A DNA stretch of 63,409 nucleotides, filler included, from Octopus bimaculoides (GCF_001194135.2; 7 parts of 6 records of this genome joined end to end with filler, not necessarily neighbours in it); one strand, 5' to 3'. Positions 12,454 to 25,340 are shown, numbered from the whole stretch's first letter. Numbers and translations: made by a program. The notes: a model not told the origin generated them from the sequence alone.

Positions 12454-12940
12454 TAAGTGAACCTCTTGAGCAGCATGGCTTATTCTTTATGTCGACTTGC
12501 CTCAAATATTGTGAGTAAACAGCGGCCAGTTTTGCTATGTCTGGCTAGAAGTTCTTCAGCTGGTGGCAAGCCAGTTGACCACCATAAAGGCAAAGTTGCT
12601 TTTGGCATCTCAATGCCTGATTCACTTGGTCATGCTGTTTGTTGGTGCAGAAGGGTTTGAATTGTTGCCAAAACTTACAGGAAATGAGGATCCTTTTGAA
12701 ATGAATGTGAAGAAAAGGGGAAAAGGAACTTCTAGTGAACCCAACCTTGTACCATCACTATTTGATATGCGGCTTGTTGGATGTATATATGGAGAGGAAT
12801 CATTAGTTATACATTGGAGAGCCGAAACGATGTCAATGTGGGTATTGGTTTAAATTATCAGAAATGGAGCCTATTGAGTATTGATAAATATATGCAGACA
12901 GTAGGAAACATTACAGAGCTGACATAGAACTATATTCAGT
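12454..12940. other. Unclassified ~490-bp segment bracketed by (AAT)n arrays; probable microsatellite-targeting insertion
   Basis: Flanked on both sides by long AAT/AAC tracts; no recognisable protein. Confidence 0.4.
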
Positions 12941-12968
12941 TAATAATTACAACAACAACAACAACAAC

Positions 12969-13033
<65 letters not shown>

Positions 13034-13035
<2 letters not shown>

Positions 13036-13497
13036 GTCCTGATGCAGTAACAAGCAGTATCTCTCATGTTTTTGATCCTAACTGATTGAAAGTGTTATCA
13101 TGTACATTGTATTATCTTGGTATAAAAAATTATCTATAGCAAATATTCTGCTCAATACCACAAATTTGCTTGTCGGTTGCTTGACCTTAACTAGTTAAAC
13201 ATGTCCCTTAGTGTTGAGAGTAATTCTTTGGGGCTTGAACAAACATCTCTGGAAACATGGGTGATTTGTTTCATCATCCTTAAACAACACTTATTCAGGG
13301 ACCTTTTGAGCCCAATGGGCTACTCCACCTGATGAAAATTCTGCTTATCTTGATATGAGATCACCCGGTCGCGCACATATGGTTGTGATGCACGTGCATG
13401 GTGTACCCGTACCAAACGGGTAATCATGATGGGTATACTGCGTTTCGTATATTTGTACCCCAGTGTTACTTTGATAGCATGCACTGCTCTCTCACTC

Positions 13498-13498
<1 letters not shown>
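13034..13498. mobile_element. Non-autonomous (TAA)n-associated element, copy 1
   Basis: Bounded by (AAT)n on both sides. Homologous (roughly 80% by eye) to the copy starting at 13578. Confidence 0.7.
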
Positions 13499-13577
<79 letters not shown>

Positions 13578-13579
<2 letters not shown>

Positions 13580-14275
13580 GCCCGGATGCAGTACCAGGCA
13601 GTGGCTCTCATGGCTTCTGATCTTAATTGATTGGAAGTGTTATCATGTACATTGTTTTGCCTTGGTATAAAAGATGGGCTACAGCAAATATTATGCTTAA
13701 TACCACAGATCTGCTTGTCACTTGTTTGACCTTANNNNNNNNNNNNNNNNNNNNNNNNNNNNNNNNNNNNNNNNNNNNNNNNNNNNNNNNNNNNNNNNNN
13801 NNNNNNNNNNNNNNNNNNNNNNNNNNNNNNNNNNNNNNNNNNNNNNNNNNNNNNNNNNNNNNNNNNNNNNNNNNNNNNNNNNNNNNNNNNNNNNNNNNNN
13901 NNNNNNNNNNNNNNNNNNNNNNNNNNNNNNNNNNNNNNNNNNNNNNNNNNNNNNNNNNNNNNNNNNNNNNNNNNNNNNNNNNNNNNNNNNNNNNNNNNNN
14001 NNNNNNNNNNNNNNNNNNNNNNNNNNNNNNNNNNNNNNNNNNNNNNNNNNNNNNNNNNNNNNNNNNNNNNNNNNNNNNNNNNNNNNNNNNNNNNNNNNNN
14101 NNNNNNNNNNNNNNNNNNNNNNNNNNNNNNNNNNNNNNNNNNNNNNNNNNNNNNNNNNNNNNNNNNNNNNNNNNNNNNNNNNNNNNNNNNNNNNNNNNNN
14201 NNNNNNNNNNNNNNNNNNNNNNNNNNNNNNNNGTACCCCAGTGTTACTTTGATAGCATGCACTGCTCTCTCACTC

Positions 14276-14277
<2 letters not shown>
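13578..14277. mobile_element. Non-autonomous (TAA)n-associated element, copy 2 (gap inside)
   Basis: Same termini as copy 1 (AAATGCCC.. and ..CTCTCTCACTCAATAATAAT). Confidence 0.65.
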
Positions 14278-14329
<52 letters not shown>

Positions 14330-14339
14330 TTAATAATAA

Positions 14340-14790
14340 ACCCGACACAAAATTCCCGACTTACTCTGCCATCTCCAAGACATTGGAAAGTGCCTTCTTC
14401 CAGTTTATTTCCTCCTGCTTAGAAAAGCATATTCAGAGTAGGTCCTTTCAGTCTCACCAGTCTTGCCACCGCCGACCACCTTTTGATAAACACACTAGAA
14501 AGCAACAGCAGCCTCTCTGCCCTCACCTTCCGCTTCAAATGATATTTAAAGAAACTAATGAGGGCTTGACCAGATAGGAAAGTGCCTGTCTTCAAATCTT
14601 TCAGACGGTTCCACCACACAGCCTCTTTTGCCACAGCCACTAAGCAGAGAAAGTACTGCCTTCCCTCTCTGCTAAGAGAAGGTGGTACGTCGAAAAGTAA
14701 TGTGACTCTGTTTCCGAAAAGCGGACGGTGCGCTTCGTGTGCTCTCAACAGAGTATCTCAAGGAAAATCTAGCCGATATTTCAAGTGATT
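14340..14790 (-). mobile_element. L1/Tx1-clade LINE, 3' end of ORF2
   Basis: FLCLVAVAKEAVWWNRLKDLKTGTFLSGQALISFFKYHLKRKVRAER..FIKRW; homologous to 44750-45170. Confidence 0.8.
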
Positions 14791-15924
14791 TTCATGGAAT
14801 GATGAAAGTTATTCAAAAGCTTCTGTTCGTTTATCAAAAATGAGACCAAGACGAGACGATAAGCAGAGACAGTACGACATTTTAAGTTTCATACAGCAAT
14901 ACAAGAGTGACAATCTGTGTCATTTTAATGGGAACACCAACTGGCATGATGTCATTCGTATAGCAAACTATGAAAGACATTTCTTAATGAAACACTGATG
15001 CCAAGCTTCTTTGTCAGTTTGAAGTTTGTCTATATTTGAAAATTATCTATGCCCGCAGCATTATCCATTTTCACTCTCATTCTGACAGTGCAAATGCTTT
15101 GTTTTTGTCTTGTTTTTATTTGGTTGGTTCTTTTGTTTTGTTTTCCTTTTTTATATACATTGTTTTTGTGTTATTACCATAAACATGTTGTTCTCACTAG
15201 TAATAATTTCTGCAGGGATATTCCTTCAAAACGCATGTTCACTGTTGCAAAAATACCCTTTATCTCTATTTATTTTTCTTTTATCTGATTGTTTTTGTCT
15301 GTTTGTTTTTTGTATAGTTGTGTTCACTTGTATTTTTCTTTGAGAATTATTTTCCTCCATCTCCTGTCGACAATTTGAGTTGAAATTTTTTGTTTAAAAA
15401 TGTCTAAATATGGCTAACCTTCACAACAACAGAGCCATACCTGACTCTAAGGATCAGAAATAAAAGTGGAAGAGTGAAGGTCTGATAACTGCGACTCCAA
15501 ACGAGTGTAAATATTATAATATGTATATTAACAAGAACTATTGTTCTTGATAATAAACATATTAAAATATGGTGGTAGGTTTGGTGGTACCGTTAATAAC
15601 ATAATAATCGGGTATACTAAACTGGCTGCGTCAGAACATATCATAAAAGAGATCAGGGTTTACTGGAAGGAAATTAAACACCCAGCCACTGGAGAAATTC
15701 ATATGTCCCTGAGACAGTAACACAAAAATTAAAATGATTGCAGAGAGACGTGATTGATAGGACAACCTTATAAGAGACAACAGATCTAGATTATGGGCAC
15801 CTAATATCATTAGGCTACATAACAATTACATTTGATGAAATATGGCTGAAAATCTGTCCGAGTATAAAAACCAAAAGAGTGAACTAGTAAGAATACAGAA
15901 TATTGTATCTGTGTATGTGTGTGT

Positions 15925-16085
15925 GTATGAGAGAGAGAGAGAGAGAGAGATGTGAGAGAGAGAGAGAGATGTGAGAGAGGGATAGATGTGAGAGAGAGAG
16001 ATGTGAGAGAGAGAGAGATGTGAGAGAGAGAGAGATAATGTGAGAGAGAGAAAGATGTGAGAGAGAGAAAGATGTGAGAGAGAGA

Positions 16086-16119
<34 letters not shown>

Positions 16120-16150
16120 CAAAAAAAGATAGAGTATGAGAGAGAGAGAG
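15925..16150. repeat. (GA)n array periodically interrupted by TGT
   Basis: Direct reading. Confidence 0.9.
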
Positions 16151-16289
16151 TCTGTGTCTGTGTCTGTGTGTGTGTGTTTGTGTGTATTTCATTGAACAGG
16201 AAGTCACTGCTGCGCGGCTTATTTTGTTTGTTGTTACATGTTTTATTGTCGTCGTTTGGCGCGGTTTCTATTGGAGTACTTGCTGCTGC

Positions 16290-16359
16290 TGTTGCTGATG
16301 CTGCAGTTGTTTACTTTCCCGCTTTGTTGTTGATTGTCTCCCCCTTGCTCCTGTTGCTG

Positions 16360-16391
<32 letters not shown>

Positions 16392-16800
16392 GGTGGTGGT
16401 GGTGGTGGTGGTGGAGGTCGTGCTGGTAGTGGTGGTGCTGGTGGTGGTGCTGGTGGTGGAGTAGCTGCTGCTGCTGCTGCTACTGGTGGTGGTGCTGGTG
16501 ATGGCGCTGCTGCTGATGATGATGGTGCTGGTACTGATGCTGGTGCTGGTATTTGTAGTGGTGCTGGTGTTCGTCGTCGTCTTCATCGTGGTATCACTGT
16601 TGTTATTGCCGTTGCTATTCTTGCTATTGAAGATGCTCATGATCATGATCATGCTGATGATGATGGTAACGATGACGACGACGACGACGATGATAATGAT
16701 GAAGCCGACAACAACGTTTACAATGATGATGATGATACTGTGGTCGCTTGCTGCTGTTGTGATGATCGTTACAATCGCTGTATTGTTAGTAGTGGTGGAT
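16290..16800. repeat. Compound trinucleotide island (GTT/GGT/GCT/GAT/GAC)
   Basis: Direct reading. Confidence 0.9.
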
Positions 16801-17057
16801 GTCACCTTTGTAATTTTAATGAAGTTTGCTTTCCCTTTGGCCAAAAGAAAAGTTTATTGACTCGCTGCGCGGGCAAATAATGAAGTCGTTCCATAGTCTC
16901 GATTTTATTCTCAATGTTGTGTCCATTATTTTATGCTGTAGCTGCTGCTACTTCTACTTGTCTTTTTCAATCTTTTTATAGAAACATTTTGCTAAAGATG
17001 CAAAACTGGGGACTCTTACAATGATCCTGTTGCTTTTCTTCATATTTTTTTTATTAG

Positions 17058-17300
17058 ATACTATGGGTCTTTACGGTTCTATTGCTCTTTGAATCATGTA
17101 CGGCAGCTCTTTCATCTCCTTTTGTGGAGAATATTATTACACTACCATGTTTTAATGAAATTACCGACGTTTTGAAAAGAAAGGTTACGGTGATGACACA
17201 GTCCAGGAGCGAGAGCGTCGTAAAAAGAAAAAAAACACACGCCACTGAATTGCAAGTCAGGTTTTCCACGAGACTGTCGACCATAGCTAATGCGTTTTAA
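17058..17300 (+). pseudogene. Possible iGluR/ionotropic-receptor M3-S2-like relic exon (tentative)
   Basis: After the acceptor-like TTTTTTTATTAG it reads ILWVFTVLLLFESCTAALSSPFVENIITLPCFNEITDVLK, resembling W.F..I...SYTANLAAFL...P..S..DL. Stop at 17300. Confidence 0.25.
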
Positions 17301-18760
17301 TCAGTTTTTAGAGCATAACACCAAACAATTGACGATACATCTGTGATGACAAGGATAAATAGAGTTAACAGACAGGAAGTTCTGCCAGTATTGTTCAAAA
17401 CCAAAGTAAAAAGAGGTGGTATAAACATACTCCAGAAAATGACACGACAACCATCGTCTTGTATGTTTGTATGTATGTACGTATGCATGCAACACGTGTA
17501 CCGCGATATCCTTTGTGTTCTGTTTACAATTTACGTTTTAATATATGCATACATAGAAAGATACGCATACACACATACACATATATAAGTACATACAGAT
17601 ACACATATATATATATACACACACACATAAATATACACACATAAACTCACACATACATTCATATGAATATAAAAGCATATCCTTTTTTTTTTTTTTTTAT
17701 TCTTCTATATGTTTCAGTCCTTGTTTCAGTCATTGAAGGCTCTTAGTCGAGCATGGATTTTAGTCGCCTCTGTGTGTGTATGCGCGTGTGTGTATGCGTG
17801 TGTGTGTGTGTGTGTGTGNNNNNNNNNNNNNNNNNNNNNNNNNNNNNNNNNNNNNNNNNNNNNNNNNNNNNNNNNNNNNNNNNNNNNNNNNNNNNNNNNN
17901 NNNNNNNNNNNNNNNNNNNNNNNNNNNNNNNNNNNNNNNNNNNNNNNNNNNNNNNNNNNNNNNNNNNNNNNNNNNATGTGTGTGTAAAAACTGCACAGAA
18001 ACGTGGTTTTATGGAGGAGGAGGAGGAGGAGGAGGAGGAGGAGGAGCCGATGCATTATGCTCTCACTCATGTGGTTAGTGAAAGTGAGAGGTGAAGAGAA
18101 AGTGAGAAATGTTAAAGACGTGAATAGGGGAATTACATGGTTAAAAAGTTTGTTGAAATGGTAGAGAGAAAAAGAGAAATATAAAGTACTTAGCTTAAGG
18201 AAATTTTAAAATCATGTAATACATTATTGTGACTGGGGGTAAAATAACATAGGAAAATAAATGAAAAAATGCAAATCATCCTTTATATCTCAAACAACTT
18301 AGCATTATCTTTTTTGTTCTGTCGAATTTCCACGGGGCCCACGAGTATTAGATGTATTCTAAGAACAGAAAATTCTGAAGATGATAATTTTGATCATAAC
18401 ATTAACGCTTTGTCTGTCTTGTGTATCATATGTGATACACAGGAGATGTATTTCACTGCTGTCCATGCATCATGTATGAAAGATGTTCCCAATTATTTTT
18501 GCTACCGCCCCAGTGCCTTCTGATTTATAAAAAGAAAGCTTTATATTACTCAGAATGTATGAAACATGGGTTAACTAAAAGCTTGAAAACAAGCAAGAAC
18601 GTTGAAGACAAACATACGGAAATGCTTTGGACAGGTAATATGAACAAATGTTAGACACTTTCAAATACAAAACTGTGTCAATGTTAGAAATTAAATCTTC
18701 TTGTTTCGATTATCAGTATACGGTGCGTCGATTAATAGAACCAACTTCCCATTCGATTAG

Positions 18761-19126
18761 TTGTTGTTGGCACTTCGTCGCTTACGACGTCGAGGGTTCC
18801 AGTTGATTCGAACAACGGAACAGCCTGCTCGTGAAATTAACGTGCTGAGCACTCCACAGACATGTGTACTATTAACGTAGTTCTCAGGGATATTCAGCGT
18901 GACACAGTGTGACAAGGCTGGCCCTTTGAAATACAGGTACAAAAGAAACAGGAAGAAAGAGTGAGAGAAAGTTATGGTGGAAGAGTACAGCAGGGTTCAC
19001 CACCATCCTCTGCCGGAGCCTCATAGAGATTTAGGTGTTTTCGCTCAATAAACACTCACAACGCCCGGTATGGGAATCGAAACCGCGATCCTATGACCGC
19101 AAGTCCACTGCTCTAACTACTGGGCC
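18761..19126 (-). mobile_element. SINE family C (tRNA-Arg-like head), full length with 12-bp TSD
   Basis: TSD CCATTCGATTAG at 18749-18760 and 19125-19136. A box TGGCCCAGTAGTTAG, B box GGTTTCGATTCCC, (AAC)n tail. Confidence 0.9.
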
Positions 19127-19580
19127 ATTCGATTAGCATTTCGTTTTTGTTTGTGTGTTTCGTTTTGTTTCTCGTTTAGCCAGGCTTATGGGTTACCATT
19201 GGTCGGATTTTCATTCAACCAAGGAATCTGCTCAGAAACTGGAATAAGCCCTATTGCTAGTCTAAATGTTTGACCATGCTGCTCGATTTTCCGAGTTAGA
19301 CCCTGCTTACCGTGTTCTCTTCACTGAGGGTCTGGATGGGTAGATGGCCCATCTTAGTCGACCACATGCCACATGGTAACGGCAGATGACGAGGTATTGA
19401 GATGGGGAAAGACTGGAGTCTGCTCGACGTGTTGCCAGGGAGGACCCGAGAATATACCGACAAATGATGAATACAGCAACGTGCTGCAGTGGCACATGCC
19501 AAAACACCTGACCTTGTCTAGCATATGGTTATATTGCTTCCTTAATATATGTAATAACATGGCAAAATATGAAATATTAT

Positions 19581-19770
19581 AAGGCAGCAAGCTCGCAGAA
19601 TCGTCAGCTCACCAGGCAATATGCATAGCGACATTTCGTCATCTTTGCGTTCTGAGCTCAAATTCCGCTGAAGCCGATTTTCGGGGTTGATAAAGTACGA
19701 ACCAGTTAAGCGCTGGGGACGATGTAATTCTCCTCCGAAATTGCTGGTCTTGTGCCAAAATTTGAAACCA
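19581..19770 (+). mobile_element. SINE family B, diverged
   Basis: GTTCTGAGCTCAAATTCCGC..TTGTGCCAAAATTTGAAAC. Confidence 0.8.
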
Positions 19771-20369
19771 CTCTAATAGAAAAAACAATGAAAACTACAA
19801 ATGTAGTAATCATAGTGTTAGTGAAAATATCATTGGAGTAGAGCTTCTCTTGTCAGTCAACGACGAGGATTCAGCTATTCGATCAGCGAACCATCTGCTT
19901 CTGAATTAACACGTATGTGGCTGAGCATTCCTTAGATAGGTGTATCCTTAACATCATTCTGAAGCAGAGTCAACGTGAGACAGTGTGGGTGAGACAAGAC
20001 TGTGACTTTTTTAATTAGTGATACAGTTCATTCAACGGTCTTCTCTATCTACACCTTCTGTCTACCCAGTTTACTTACAAAGATAGCTCAACCCGAGGCT
20101 ATAGAAATAACATTCGCTGGAGATACATCGCTGTAGGATCGAACTTGCGACCTCGTAGCTACAAAGTAAAATTCTTAACTATTCGGCCACATTACGCTTA
20201 GGCGAACACTGATCTTACCAAAATAAACTAAATTATCGATGAAGCAGTCGCAGTGGTCATAAAAGAAAGCAGATCTCCATTCACAACTATTCATATACGA
20301 AATACAAACAAACAAAGAATGCTGAAAAAAAGTCTAATATTATGTTAGATACGGTGACATGGGTAATTG

Positions 20370-20665
20370 AAATAGACGAAAAGCAAACATAGAAACACTT
20401 AGGGATCAATGAACTAGACAGACAAATGCATACACACATAAAACAGAGGATTTGGAAAGAATATTAGACACTTTTTATATACTTGAAATAGAGTTAAATG
20501 CCAAAATAAGGCAATATGATAGGTTTCAATATTCTAGCTATTTCAGACTGACAAACAAGAAATATAATAACTCATTTAGAATACCACACAAACGCATACG
20601 AAGAAGAAAGGTTACGTTTACCATAAATACAGGGTGGTAGGAGTCTTTTGCCACTAGAAAATTAT
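20370..20665 (+). mobile_element. R4/Dong-like LINE RT C-terminal/thumb fragment (degenerate)
   Basis: KHLGINELDRQMHTHIKQRIWKEY..ELNAK (cf. YKYLGI.E...H..MK..I.KEY..R..ELNA) and ERLRLP*IQGGRSL (cf. ERLYLPR..GGRGL). Confidence 0.6.
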
Positions 20666-21258
20666 GAAATATCTATCGTAGGACTAGAAAAATATTTAAT
20701 AATAGCAGCCGATATAAATGTTGGTTGATGCGTTAGTTGAATTCTCCAGTCTCGCTTTACTTTGTATAGAGAGAGAGCAAAAAAGAGATGCAGAGAGAGA
20801 AATAACTCATGAAGAGAAAGAGGTGGAGATCGTGTAAATGACAGGGTGGAATTGTACAAGTGCAAAATATGTTTTAATTTTATTTTAAGTTTGTTTGCTC
20901 TTTATTTTGAAAATTAATATTAATTTCTTTCTTTTTGAATTAGCACCAAGAAATTTAATTAAAGTTAAATTATAGTTATTGCTACATATGCCATATTTCT
21001 TGATATTACCAACGGTAGCGAAGGTACATTTCCGAAGTTACTCGTCATATGACCAGTAACTCTCTAGTTACTAATAAACAATTATTTCTATTATTATACA
21101 TAACTGATTGCTCATACTAGGCTTAGAGCAGACACTGAGTGAAGGAACGCTACAAACTGAAAGATAAAAATGCACACGGATAGAGGATGAGGATGAGGAT
21201 GAGAATAAGTAAATAACAGAGTAATTATTGGAGGAGTTAAGCAAATGAGACATTTGTT

Positions 21259-21636
21259 TTATTACTTCCGCCTTCGTTAAGGCGGAGGTATTGTTTTCAG
21301 TCATGTTTGTTTCTTTCTTTCTTTGTCCGTGGACAAGATATCTCAAGAACCACTGAATAGATTCGTATGAAACTTTCAAGGCTTTTTGACCTCGTGACTG
21401 GAACGAAATGATTAGATTTTGGGATCGATCCGGTATCGAACAGCTATTCTGGATTATTGTTCCTGTTTTTTTACTTAATTTTTGAGAGCGGCCGGTTTCA
21501 TTTTTAGTATTCTCGTTTGTAAGAGCAGTCGAGTTTATTTCAGATATTCTCATTTTAAAAATCACCTCTGGCTAATCGTTGAGAGGACGTTTGTGTTGCC
21601 TTGGCGGAGGTTAGCCCTCTCTGAGGGCTCTTGTTT
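21259..21636 (+). mobile_element. Helentron-associated non-autonomous element (HINE/DINE-1-like)
   Basis: 5' subTIR TTATTACTTCCGCC with adjacent palindrome CCGCCTT-CGTT-AAGGCGG; 3' subTIR GGCGGAGGT; 3' hairpin AGCCCTC-TCT-GAGGGCT; T-rich ends. Confidence 0.75.
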
Positions 21637-21777
21637 AACTTTATGTTAAGTTAATAAACTTTGTGTAGGAGTAATTAGTATTCTTTCATAATTTTGTACA
21701 AGTACCAAGAAAATTGATAAAATTTAAATTATCATTATTGTATGCATTCCATAAATCTTCGTATAAATATTAATTTC

Positions 21778-22160
21778 AAAATGTTGGCACAAGGCCAGCA
21801 ATTTTGAGGAAAGGAGATAAGTCGATTACATCGACCCCAGTACTTCACTGGTACTTATTTTATTGACTCCAAAAGGATGAACGTTCCCCGTTCATCCTTT
21901 GACATCGACAGAATTTGAACCCAGAGCGTAAACCCGGAAGAAATGCCGCTAAGCAATCTGCCAACTCACAGCCTTAATTCCAAATATCAGTAACGGTTCC
22001 AAAATGTGACAGAAGGCCAGCAATTTCAGGGAGGGGGTGAGCCGATTACATCGACCCCCAGTAAACAACTGCCATTTATTTCAATGACCTCCAAAAAGGA
22101 AAAGTTGGCCCTGTGAAATTTTGCCCGGAGTGTTTACCACTCTGACAGGTCAACGCTTTG
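21778..22160 (-). mobile_element. Two tandem diverged SINE family B copies
   Basis: Two GGCCAGCAATTT..GATTACATCGACCCC blocks. Confidence 0.75.
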
Positions 22161-24382
22161 TTCCTGATGATATTACTTGAGGCATAAGTATATTTCCAAA
22201 GTTATTTGTCACATGACAATGGGGATAACGCTCTAGTGTCTAATAATAATTAAATGGAAGTGAATATAGATAGCTGCAAAACATTAACAGGGGTACGGAT
22301 TCGTGTCCTGTAGCCGTCTGCTGGTAACTTTTCCTTCTTATAAGGAAAAAAATATCCAATCTGCTGCTTTCACGGCTATACTGCGTTCGAAATTTACTTT
22401 CTTGTCTGTAAAATACCAAATACATTTGATGCTCCCAAAGTTTGTTTATGAAATGTTGTCGAGTAAAAAATAAATATTTTTCGCCTGCAAGGAAGCCGAT
22501 GAATATCAAGGAGAAAGTAGAGTAAGAACCAGTTGTGAAGAGGATGGAAATATAACGATAGTGATTATTTTCAAAATATGATTTAAAAAGTAAATGGAAT
22601 TATAAATGCTATGTGAAGACGTTGGAAAGAAAGACATAACCAAGCACAATATTCAGAAAGACTGAACTACATAAATGTGAATGAAAATAAAGAAAGCATT
22701 GGCCGAAAAACACAGAACTCGGAGCTGATAGTCAAAGATTTCGTTATCGTAGCACAAAACCGTAATAATTTTTACGAGAAACCTTCCAAAATCACATAAA
22801 TGAAGTAGAATACACAAGATAATTAAGATATTTGGCGGTTCTGAGAAAAATAAGGAATCAAATTTTAATGGTTGGAACAGTCTGAATGAAGTAAGGAATA
22901 TATATACAGGCAAGGCAGTTTACGAGCTGTCATACATTATATTATATAGCAATTTTACATATTTTGAAGTCATATCAACATATTTTCATTTCCTTAACCA
23001 AAACAGTATGAGTGGGACCCTCGGCAGTGTATACTGTTCATTGGGAAAGCCTAAAAAATATTTAGATGCGATTGAGGTAAAAGAACGTTAGTTTTTTGTT
23101 TTTTTCTTATAAACTTCTACAATATTGCCATAACTATCTAAACCGAAAACTATCAGCTTTTCTCCTATATCTTGTTTGCAGAAGTTGATTAAAAGTCCAA
23201 TTAAAACCATATCGGAATCGTATGATTAATTAATGTATCATTTGAGAGAAAAAAAGTATATTTATACATAATAACAACAGAATATATCATGAGAAAAGCG
23301 TTTAATTACAAGCATTCTTGTAATATTAGTTTATAAAAAGGGACAAAGATATTTAAAGTTTTGAAACGAGTGAAAGTTTGTTTCAATTCTGCCAGCTGCA
23401 TGATAATACATGTAATTGTAATAAGAGCAATAAAACAAATGAAATATAAATATTATATTCCATTTTGATTTCATGTTACTTCGTGTTTTGTCTTTTCTTA
23501 CTTCTTTGTTTTTGTTTTTTCTTCATTCAGAATGAAATTGTTAAAACAGGAGTTTTAGAAAATAATTTTGTTTTTTGTGTGCGTATTTTATTTCGTTTCG
23601 TTTTCTTTATTTTTGTTTCATCAATAATGTATGAAATTCACAATGTCTGAAATGATATCGTATGCGCCATATAATAGCTGCTGTCTGTATGTAAAATTCT
23701 TGTCACAAAAATTAGTATAGTGAGAGAGTGAAAAGGAGAGGAAGAGAGAGAACGAGAATTTGTGTGTATATTTGAATGCAATAAATAAAGGGAGTAAACG
23801 AGAATGTGCAGTGCATAAAATTGTGTGCTTATCATATTCTTCGCTAACTTTGTTGCACTGAGAACGTAAATGAACAGATTGTTTCGGAAGACATTACTAC
23901 AAAGAAAAGTAAAAGAAAGAATTTCACAAATTTTAATTTTAATGTACAAATACGCAAATAAATGAATACGTTTTAGTATTTTCATTACCTGTCAACATAA
24001 ATTTATATTCGTTTTTAAAACATTCAGTAATATATTAAGGACAAAAGGAAATATACAGATATTACTATAGTTGAACGCAACCTTTTCTCGAAAATAGTTC
24101 TGAAAAATACAGGTATATTAACAAATATTTATTTTCACTCTTTTATAAATTTATTCTGCCGTGATCATCTTTGCCTTTCATCCTTTCAAGATCGATAAAA
24201 CAAGTACCAATAGAGTACTGGGATCGAAGTAATCGACTTAGCCCCTCGGCGAAATTTCTGGTCTTGTACCCAAAATTGAAACCAATATTTTATAGATTTA
24301 GGAATTTGGGAGGTTAACTTAAACAGATGACCGTCTTCGACTATGGCCTTCGACTAAGCCCTGTGTGTGTGTGTGTGTGTGT

Positions 24383-24478
<96 letters not shown>

Positions 24479-24502
24479 TTGTCTCCCAACCACCACCATC
24501 AT

Positions 24503-24964
24503 TGGTTATCAGAGGATGTGCAGATTAGTTTCGGTTCAGTTCAGTCCGTTATCACTGAAGATTTGGGTATGAAACACGTGTCTGCCAAATTTGTGCTAAA
24601 ACTGCTTTCAGCTGACCAAAAAGACACTCGGGTTTCTGTTGTACAATATCACTTTGATTGTATCGAGAACGATGAAATGGTTTTGAAAACTTTATATAGG
24701 CCTCCGAGCATGTATGGCCAAGCTTCTGGCAAAATTTGATGCAAATTCTCTGCTCACCTTTCTCTGCCATCGTCAATGCGGCGATCACACGCTACACACC
24801 TTCACTACAAGCACTGCTGTAAACAACGAATGTGAGCGAGAATGTTAAAACTTACTGCACCTGCACAGCGAAGTTCAAGGTCAGTCTGTGCCGAGCGGCT
24901 TGACTCTGCGTGCTTTAGCTACGATACTAAAGCAACAGTCCGGATACTTATTGATCAGACTACG
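24503..24964. mobile_element. Mariner element fragment with internal inversion (5' TIR and N-terminus on minus, internal HTH on plus)
   Basis: Minus: TA-CGTAGTCTGATCAATAAGTATCCGGAC TIR and MAEKGEQRICIKFCQKLGHTCSEAY. Plus: LSEDVQISFGSVQSVITEDLGMKHVSAKFVLKLL..ENDEMVLKT. Confidence 0.8.
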
Positions 24965-25340
24965 TATATAAGAAAAAATAGGTAGTGCGTGTGTTTATTT
25001 GGCAAAAACGAATGACCGTCTNNNNNNNNNNNNNNNNNNNNNNNNNNNNNNNNNNNNNNNNNNNNNNNNNNNNNNNNNNNNNNNNNNNNNNNNNNNNNNN
25101 NNNNNNNNNNNNNNNNNNNNNNNNNNNNNNNNNNNNNNNNNNNNNNNNNNNNNNNNNNNNNNNNNNNNNNNNNNNNNNNNNNNNNNNNNNNNNNNNNNNN
25201 NNNNNNNNNNNNNNNNNNNNNNNNNNNNNNNNNNNNNNNNNNNNNNNNNNNNNNNNNNNNNNNNNNNNNNNNNNNNNNNNNNNNNNNNNNNNNNNNNNNN
25301 NNNNNNNNNNNNNNNNNNNNNNNNNNNNNNNNNNNNNNNN

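Noticed and set aside
18269-18523. Cys-containing ORF reminiscent of a PHD finger
   Set aside because: The middle Cys pair is missing and the spacing does not fit; no associated domain.
19060-19126. tRNA gene
   Set aside because: This is the tRNA-derived head of a TSD-flanked SINE; it lacks a proper acceptor stem.
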